Shown one piece after another: positions 57,568-64,000 of a DNA stretch of 64,000 nucleotides. A program made the translations under genes and the position numbers. Numbering within the stretch: the first letter of the stretch is position 1; every line of letters begins with the position of its first letter. The DNA comes from Bacteroidales bacterium (lineage in GTDB: Bacteria > Bacteroidota > Bacteroidia > Bacteroidales > VadinHA17). The stretch spans positions 61 through 64,060 of the forward strand of contig JBBSAP010000005.1 in assembly GCA_038252165.1 (NCBI GenBank), in the 5' to 3' direction. Below the pieces are notes generated by a model. The model was given only the letters and a program-made list of their open reading frames with translations, was not told the origin of the DNA and made no database searches.

Positions 57568-59304
57568 ATGAAGAAACAATTAATGCTTCTGTCGGCGCTT
57601 ATTATCACTATTACTTGCATGTCCCAAAATGTCTCCAGTGCGGGCGAAAAAGTCAAAAAAAATCAGATTGCTTCTGAATATGATCGCAATTCCCTTACAT
57701 ATCTCCTTATAGATTTTGGAGATAATAGTATCAATGATTTATTGAAAGAATCATTTCAGGGCATAAAGGTTAATGATAAATTTGATGATAACAACATTGA
57801 CAAACGGTTTATAAAACCCCCTGTTTCCAGGGAAGAAATACTAAAATCCCAGTTCTTGACCCCATCTGTACATACTCTTGTAACAGACAAAATCGGAAAG
57901 GCATTGGTTGAAGGGAAGTACTCTAATGATGTTATTGCCAAATGGTTTTCAAGAAAACCTGATGGTGCGTTTGGAGTGGAACTCCTTCAGGAGCGTGGCT
58001 TGTACAATTCTACTGACGCAGATGTTAAAGCTGCCTCCTCAAGTAAACTTGGTATGACAAAACTGATGGATTCCGGTGAAAAACTTCTTAATAAAAGCTA
58101 TTTAATAGTATTTGATGTAAGTGATCTAATTACCAAAGAAGAGTATTACAACAGGCTGGACAAAAACAGTAAAACTCCTGTCAAAAGAGACAGAAATGGT
58201 TTTCAGACAAACATTAATGCATATATTTTCAAGATAGATTTCAATGACTCAATAAATGCGGTATTCTGGCAACAACTTTGGACAGATAAGACTGATCCCG
58301 GATTAAATGCAAGAAGAGAAGCTTTCAACGGTTTTTCATTCCCGGTAAAATATATTACCCGTCTTACAACAAGCACTGAATCAAGTCAGTATAATTCAGG
58401 GGAATCAGCAGCCCCAAAGGTCCAGAAAACAAATAAAGAATTAATGACAGATCTTCTTGCTACAGGAATGAATAATTCAATTCTTTTGCTTGAAAGGAAC
58501 ATTGAAGATTTCCGGGTAAAAACGACTCTATTTGCCACCAGACCTCTAAGAGCCAAAATAGGGTTTAAAGAAAATCTGAAAATTGATCAAAGGTATTTTG
58601 TATATGAAATGCGCCAGGGCGGCAATGGAAACATACAGGCACACAGGCAGGGTGTTATAAGGGCTACCAATAATATTACTGATAACCGTAAAATCGCAAC
58701 AGGTCAGACTGTACCCTCAGTATTTTACCAGGTTGCAGGGAAACGTCTTGACGCAGGAATGCTTTTACAGGAGCGCAATGATCTTGGAATTGCTTTGGGA
58801 GTGAGTTACAGTGCAGGAGGTATCGGTGGTTTTACCGGAAAGCTTGACATAAATATGTCGTCTTTTTTCAAGAAAAAAGCACCTTCAATGTTGAAACTCT
58901 TTCTTGAGGGTGGGTATGAGACAAAAAAAATACAGCTGACAATTAATTCCGTAACTGAAGATTATAATGATTTTTTACGGTTTGGATTGGGCCTCGGCAA
59001 AGAATTCTGTCTGCTCCGAAACTTCAGGATTCAACCATATGCATCCATCGGCCTTGAACAATTACCTAATAAAACAAACACTAAAAAATCTCTTTCATCA
59101 CTTTATGAGCACGCTGGTATTATGGCAGGTATAAATATCCTGCATAATTTGCAGCTCGTTGGTTCATACAACTATTACCTGATGAAGGGTAAAATTTCGG
59201 ATGAGGAAAAGGTCGATTATACTATTGATGGAATGTCAAAGTGGGGAGATGCATTTGGTAGGGGCGGAACTGCTGTTGACTTAGGATTAAGAATTGAATT
59301 TTAG
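57568..59304 (+). CDS. hypothetical secreted protein with a C-terminal beta-barrel-like domain (operon gene 1)
   Basis: 578 aa with signal peptide MKKQLMLLSALIITITCMSQ (possible lipobox Cys). The last ~170 aa show alternating beta-strand patterning and end LGLRIEF, an OMP-type terminal Phe. No family recognised. Confidence 0.65.
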   Translation: MKKQLMLLSALIITITCMSQNVSSAGEKVKKNQIASEYDRNSLTYLLIDFGDNSINDLLKESFQGIKVNDKFDDNNIDKRFIKPPVSREEILKSQFLTPSVHTLVTDKIGKALVEGKYSNDVIAKWFSRKPDGAFGVELLQERGLYNSTDADVKAASSSKLGMTKLMDSGEKLLNKSYLIVFDVSDLITKEEYYNRLDKNSKTPVKRDRNGFQTNINAYIFKIDFNDSINAVFWQQLWTDKTDPGLNARREAFNGFSFPVKYITRLTTSTESSQYNSGESAAPKVQKTNKELMTDLLATGMNNSILLLERNIEDFRVKTTLFATRPLRAKIGFKENLKIDQRYFVYEMRQGGNGNIQAHRQGVIRATNNITDNRKIATGQTVPSVFYQVAGKRLDAGMLLQERNDLGIALGVSYSAGGIGGFTGKLDINMSSFFKKKAPSMLKLFLEGGYETKKIQLTINSVTEDYNDFLRFGLGLGKEFCLLRNFRIQPYASIGLEQLPNKTNTKKSLSSLYEHAGIMAGINILHNLQLVGSYNYYLMKGKISDEEKVDYTIDGMSKWGDAFGRGGTAVDLGLRIEF

Positions 59305-59326
59305 AACAATTTAAATCTATATTGCT

Positions 59327-59833
59327 ATGAAAACCGTAAAACTTTCTATTCTTATTATCATTTTTATCATTTTCTCGGTTTCCGGTTACGGACAGAGAAA
59401 AAAGAATCCTGCCGCCTATTATGATATTGAGGTTGAATGCATGGGTACAGGAATGGACGGAACACAGCTGATTAAAGTCTGGGGATATGGTAAAAAACCA
59501 GATGATGCTATTGAACAGGCAAAAAAGAATGCTGTTCAGGCAGTAATGTTCAAGGGGATAACCACAGGTAAGCCAGGCTGTATGATGCGTCCGCTTATAA
59601 CTGATCCCGGAGCAGAACAGCAGCATCAGGATTATTTTGTTGCTTTTTTCAAAGAGCATGGCAAGTACCTGAATTTTGTTAACGTAAGCAATGATGGAAG
59701 TATTGATCCCAAAGACAGGCTTAAAGCCGGTAAACAATTTAAAATAGGGATTCTTGTTTCGGTATCACATAATGCTCTTCGCAAAGAGCTTGAATCTGCC
59801 GGTATCATAAAAGCATTAGGCCAGGGTTTCTAA
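59327..59833 (+). CDS. hypothetical secreted protein (operon gene 2)
   Basis: 168 aa with signal peptide MKTVKLSILIIIFIIFSVSGYGQ. The gap from gene 1 is 22 nt. No family recognised. Confidence 0.65.
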   Translation: MKTVKLSILIIIFIIFSVSGYGQRKKNPAAYYDIEVECMGTGMDGTQLIKVWGYGKKPDDAIEQAKKNAVQAVMFKGITTGKPGCMMRPLITDPGAEQQHQDYFVAFFKEHGKYLNFVNVSNDGSIDPKDRLKAGKQFKIGILVSVSHNALRKELESAGIIKALGQGF

Positions 59834-59853
59834 ATTAATTTAACCTGATAATT

Positions 59854-60801
59854 ATGAAAAGAATATTGTTTTTTTTATTTGCAGGGTTGTTTACATCAAC
59901 ATCATTTGGCCAGGCCAAGAAGCCTACAATAATGGTCGTCCCCAGCGATGTATGGTGCACACAGAACAACTATATGACAAAGTTTGATAACCAGGGTACC
60001 GAGGAGCGTATTCCTGATTATAAACGTGCATTGCAGAGTGATCCAAATCTGCTGCTGGTCATTTCAAAGATAAATACATTAATGACTGACAGAGGATTCC
60101 CTTTAAAGAATCTTGAAACTGTTTTGAAGGATATTGATCGCCAAAGGGCTGAAGATAATATGACTTCAAGTACAACAAGCGGGGCTTCTCTTGCAGAAAG
60201 CCCACTTGATATTATAAAGAATACTGCTAAAAGCGATATCATAATGCAACTTACCTATACAATTAACACACAGGGACCTAAAAAATATATAACTTTTATT
60301 CTTCAGGGTCTGGATGCTTACACAGATAAGCAGATTGCGGGTGCTCAGGGAAGCGGCCAACCTTCATTTTCAGCTGATCCTCCGCTACTTCTCGAAGAAG
60401 CTGTTCTTTCTCATATCGACAATTTCAATGCTCAGCTTCAGTCGCATTTTGATGATCTTTTAGCTAACGGACGTGAAGTAACTGTAAGGATTAGAGTATT
60501 TAACGGGTCACCTATTGATCTTTCACACGAATATAACGGGATCGAACTTGCTGAAATCATTGATAACTGGATGGCAAAACATACCGTAAATGGGCGTTAT
60601 AGCAACAGCGACGGGAGTGAAAACTTCATACTTTTTGAGCAGGTCCGCCTTCCACTTTATACCGAGACTAATAAAGCGATGGATACCAGACAATTCGTCA
60701 CTGAATTAAAGAAATTCCTCAACGCAGCGCCATATAATATTACATGTAAAGTAATGACTCAGGGATTAGGTCGCGCTACGCTTGTTATTGGAGAAAAATA
60801 A
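59854..60801 (+). CDS. hypothetical secreted protein (operon gene 3)
   Basis: 315 aa with signal peptide MKRILFFLFAGLFTSTSFGQ. The gap from gene 2 is 20 nt. No family confidently recognised. Confidence 0.65.
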   Translation: MKRILFFLFAGLFTSTSFGQAKKPTIMVVPSDVWCTQNNYMTKFDNQGTEERIPDYKRALQSDPNLLLVISKINTLMTDRGFPLKNLETVLKDIDRQRAEDNMTSSTTSGASLAESPLDIIKNTAKSDIIMQLTYTINTQGPKKYITFILQGLDAYTDKQIAGAQGSGQPSFSADPPLLLEEAVLSHIDNFNAQLQSHFDDLLANGREVTVRIRVFNGSPIDLSHEYNGIELAEIIDNWMAKHTVNGRYSNSDGSENFILFEQVRLPLYTETNKAMDTRQFVTELKKFLNAAPYNITCKVMTQGLGRATLVIGEK

Positions 60802-60818
60802 ATAAAAACGGAATTATT

Positions 60819-61790
60819 ATGAAAAAGTCAATTCTTATAATTTTCGCTTTAGCTGTTTGTATCCTGACAACCAAAGCACAGAACATTTTATCTAAATCCG
60901 ATGACCTGGCCAGGATATCTCTTACTCCTGTTGTACCAGAACAGATGGACGGAATGCCTGAAAATGCCCTCAGTGTCCTTGATAATAAGCTTCAACAAAT
61001 TGCAGCCAGCAATGGACTAGGCGCAATTGACTATAATCCAAGGTTCATTTTAACTTGTAAGGTTGTACTGGTTACCAAAGATATTATCCCGGGACCTCCG
61101 GCTATGCATGCTTACAATATGGACCTTACTCTCTATATTGCTGATTATTTTTCAAAAAATGTTTTTTCTACTACTACCGTCTCTGTAAAAGGTGCCGGTA
61201 CAAATGAAAATAAAGCATATATAAATGGAATCAGCAATGTCAACGCCAATTCAAATCAGTTCAAATCATTCATTGAAAAGGGGAAACAGAAAATAATTGA
61301 GTATTATAATTCAAAGTGCGACTTCATTATAAAAGAAGCATTGACTATGGCATCAACTGATAGATATCGCGAAGCTATATATAATCTTATGTCGATCCCC
61401 GATGTTTGTAAAGAATGCTATGACAAGGCAATGAATGAAGTTCCGGACGTTTACAAAAGATTCATAGACTATGTTTGTAACCAGAATCTGGCTGCAGCTA
61501 AAGCTGTTTGGGTTGCTAATCCAAACTCCGAAGGAGCAAACGCTGTTGCCGGGTTTCTTGCTGATATTTATCCGGATGCTTCCTGCTACGGAGATGCTCA
61601 AAAACTTATTAATGAAATAAGGAAAAAAATCCTGAAGGATGAAAACCGTGACTGGAATTTCATGCTAAAGGTCTGGAGCGATAATGTTAGCCTTGAAAGT
61701 CAGCGGATTAAGGCTATGCGGGATATTGGTGTAGCCTGGGGTAATCATCAGCCTCAGATAATTTATGATGTAAACTGGATTATTCATTAA
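60819..61790 (+). CDS. hypothetical secreted protein (operon gene 4)
   Basis: 323 aa with signal peptide MKKSILIIFALAVCILTTKAQ. The C-terminal half is Cys-containing and helical (CKECYDKA, YVCNQ, ASCYGDA). The gap from gene 3 is 17 nt. Confidence 0.65.
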   Translation: MKKSILIIFALAVCILTTKAQNILSKSDDLARISLTPVVPEQMDGMPENALSVLDNKLQQIAASNGLGAIDYNPRFILTCKVVLVTKDIIPGPPAMHAYNMDLTLYIADYFSKNVFSTTTVSVKGAGTNENKAYINGISNVNANSNQFKSFIEKGKQKIIEYYNSKCDFIIKEALTMASTDRYREAIYNLMSIPDVCKECYDKAMNEVPDVYKRFIDYVCNQNLAAAKAVWVANPNSEGANAVAGFLADIYPDASCYGDAQKLINEIRKKILKDENRDWNFMLKVWSDNVSLESQRIKAMRDIGVAWGNHQPQIIYDVNWIIH

Positions 61791-61805
61791 TTAAAACTAT
61801 TGAAC

Positions 61806-62402
61806 ATGCGTAATAAAATCACCCTTTTAATATTCCTTTTGGCAATGCCTTTATTGGCATCAGCACAGACTAAAATCGGTCCAACCGTAAGACTTGGATA
61901 CACATTCCCTGATAAAACAAGTAAAATCTATAATATTACAGGAGGCATATGTCCTGCTTTTGGAATTACAATGCAGAATGAAATAAATTACTGGTTATCC
62001 ATTAAATCTTCTTTGCGGTATTCATTCAGTCAGATAAAGACTGTTACAAAGCAAGATGAACTGAAAGATCAACTGAAAGGACAGTTCCTAGATCTGATAG
62101 TTGCAGGACGTTTCTCCGGGTTTGATGAATCTTCAAAATTACTGCCGTATGGAATAGCAGGACTCGGAAATTCTTTCAATCTGCTCACCAAAGGGGCTGA
62201 GTTATATCTCTCGGATACTAAATATAAAGGTTCTGTTCCATTTTTTACTGTTGGGGCAGGGACAGGAATAAAAATGTCCTTCTTTTCCGAATTTGATCTT
62301 TCTGTTACATTTAGCCGTTATCTGGCTCCGGTTTTAATTCTGGAAGACAATTCAGGAGTTAGAATGAACATGGTAAGTTTTGAAGTATCGGCACTTTTTT
62401 GA
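61806..62402 (+). CDS. small outer-membrane beta-barrel protein (operon gene 5)
   Basis: ~198 aa from ATG 61806 (the ORF track starts at TTG 61800). Signal peptide MRNKITLLIFLLAMPLLASAQ. It shows alternating beta-strand pattern and ends SALF. The size fits an 8-stranded barrel. Confidence 0.65.
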   Translation: MRNKITLLIFLLAMPLLASAQTKIGPTVRLGYTFPDKTSKIYNITGGICPAFGITMQNEINYWLSIKSSLRYSFSQIKTVTKQDELKDQLKGQFLDLIVAGRFSGFDESSKLLPYGIAGLGNSFNLLTKGAELYLSDTKYKGSVPFFTVGAGTGIKMSFFSEFDLSVTFSRYLAPVLILEDNSGVRMNMVSFEVSALF

Positions 62403-62420
62403 AAGAGGAATACAGCTTTA

Positions 62421-62454
62421 TGAAAAAGGGAGTTTACTAAACCTCCCTTTTTCA
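62421..62454. terminator. bidirectional intrinsic terminator between convergent genes
   Basis: TGAAAAAGGGAG (62421-62432) pairs with CTCCCTTTTTCA (62443-62454), leaving a 10-nt loop. The A-run and T-run flanks allow it to work on both strands. Confidence 0.75.
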
Positions 62455-62462
62455 TAAACAAC

Positions 62463-63806
62463 CTATTTCTTTAGCTTATATTTTTTCACAAATTCATCAA
62501 TTACCTGTGACAGGTTTGGATCACCAATTTCCTGAAGATCGTAATATACTCTTGTATTCGGTTTTTTAATCTTTATTATACGGTTCAGGTCAATCGGTGT
62601 AGCAATTATGACGCTGTCGCAATCAGTATTGTTAATTGTTTTTTCAAGGTCCTTTAGCTGCTGGTCACCATAACCCATTGCAGGAAGGAGTGTTCCGATA
62701 TTCGGATATAGCCTGAAGGTTTCGCTAAGCTTTCCGACCGTAAATGGACGGGGATCAACAAGTTCAGCTGCACCATATTTCCTTGCAGCAACAACTCCTG
62801 CCCCGATTTTCATTTCACCATGTGTAAGGGTTGGCCCGTCCTCAACGACAAGAACTCTTTTCCCCCTGATAATGGATGAATCATCAACTTTTATAGGTGA
62901 TGCCCCATCAATTACTATCGCTTTTGGATTTACTTTTTCAATGCTCTCCCTGACAATCTGGATAGCTTCAGGGGGGGCACTGTCCATTTTGTTTATAACA
63001 ACAACATCCGCAATGCGGAGAGTAACTTCACCAGGATAATACCTCAACTCATGTCCGGCTCTGTGAGGATCCGTAACTGTAACCATCAGATCAGGCTTGT
63101 AAAACGGGAAATCGTTGTTACCCCCGTCCCACACGATCACATCACAACCTTTCGGATCTTTTTCGGCTTTGCGAAGTATAGCTTCATAGTCGACCCCGGC
63201 ATATATGACGTTACCCCTTGCAACATGAGGTTCATATTCTTCCATCTCTTCAACGGTGCATTTATGTTTAGCAAGATCGCTGATCGCAGCAAACCGCTGG
63301 ACTTTCTGTTCTGTAAGATCACCATAAGGCATTGGGTGACGTACTGCCACAACCCTGAGTCCTTTTTCCATTAAAAGTTCTATTATCCTTCTCGAAGTCT
63401 GGCTTTTTCCGCATCCGGTCCTTATGGCTCCAACTGCAATTAAAGGCTTTGTGCTTTTAACCATTGTTGCAGCCGGACCAAGAAGAACAAAATTAGCACC
63501 AGTCGCATTCACCAATGCACTTACTGACATCACTTTCTGATATGTAACATCACTGTATGAGAAAACACAGTCATCGACCTTGAATTTCTCTATCAATTCT
63601 GCAAGCTTATCCTCGGGGAAGATCGGAATGCCTTTCGGATATAATTTTCCTGCCAGCACACCGGGATACTTCCTTCCAGCAATATCAGGTATCTGGGCCG
63701 CTGTAAATGCAACAACATTATAACTTTCATTGTCCCTGTAGAAAGTATTAAAGTTATGAAAATCCCTTCCTGCTGCACCGATTATAATTACATTCCTCTT
63801 TTGCAT
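62463..63806 (-). CDS. P-loop protein resembling cyclic 2,3-diphosphoglycerate synthetase family
   Basis: 447 aa. The N-terminus VIIIGAAGRDFHNFNTFYRDNESYNVVAFTAAQIP and the internal P-loop GAIRTGCGKSQT match my memory of the archaeal cDPG-synthetase-like family. The function in bacteria is not established. Confidence 0.6.
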   Translation of the reverse strand: MQKRNVIIIGAAGRDFHNFNTFYRDNESYNVVAFTAAQIPDIAGRKYPGVLAGKLYPKGIPIFPEDKLAELIEKFKVDDCVFSYSDVTYQKVMSVSALVNATGANFVLLGPAATMVKSTKPLIAVGAIRTGCGKSQTSRRIIELLMEKGLRVVAVRHPMPYGDLTEQKVQRFAAISDLAKHKCTVEEMEEYEPHVARGNVIYAGVDYEAILRKAEKDPKGCDVIVWDGGNNDFPFYKPDLMVTVTDPHRAGHELRYYPGEVTLRIADVVVINKMDSAPPEAIQIVRESIEKVNPKAIVIDGASPIKVDDSSIIRGKRVLVVEDGPTLTHGEMKIGAGVVAARKYGAAELVDPRPFTVGKLSETFRLYPNIGTLLPAMGYGDQQLKDLEKTINNTDCDSVIIATPIDLNRIIKIKKPNTRVYYDLQEIGDPNLSQVIDEFVKKYKLKK

Positions 63807-64000
63807 AGCTCCTCCTTAACCTGTTTATAATTTATTCACTGTAAAAACCGTTTATAACTAAAAAGTGAGATAACAAATTTATAATTTGCATACTTAAAAT
63901 CCGAACATATCAGTCAGTTTTTTAGAATACTGATTTTAAAGCATAATTCTCTGATTTACAACCTTTTTCTACGGATTTAAGGTTATTTTGAAAACATGTT

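Overview
The window looks like a chromosomal segment from a Bacteroidota genome. Three things support this: a SusC/SusD pair, a PorP/SprF-type T9SS gene, and TAnnTTTG -7 promoter boxes with no Shine-Dalgarno sequences. It is densely coding, with about 49 CDS. I saw no rRNA, tRNA, CRISPR array, integrase or transposase.

Most genes are housekeeping:
- Central metabolism and nucleotide genes: gpmI, aroK, adk, hpt, purE, upp, pgi.
- Replication, repair and translation: parE-parC, obg, recJ, lysS.
- Lipoate genes: lplA, lipB, lipA.
- Fucose genes: fucI, fucK and a GH95 fucosidase.

Several regions are not explained by housekeeping functions:
1. A two-gene unit (10779-15642, minus strand). A HEAT-like protein with a possible cNMP-binding domain is followed by a 1022-aa STAND P-loop NTPase with one transmembrane helix, a coiled coil and a 7-blade WD40 propeller.
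2. A tightly packed five-gene operon (57568-62402). Every product has a signal peptide and none matches a family I recognise. Both terminal genes encode products ending in OMP-type beta-barrel signatures.
3. A membrane-anchored MutS-domain-V ATPase packed against a hypothetical gene and an acyltransferase.
4. A PorP/SprF gene paired with a PD40 plus SPOR protein.
5. A 1036-aa ABC fusion protein with extra N-terminal modules.
6. A truncated GxxExxY gene fused in frame to an outer-membrane protein gene.
7. Families of short intergenic palindromic repeats.

All functional calls rest on motif recognition by eye. No database search was run.
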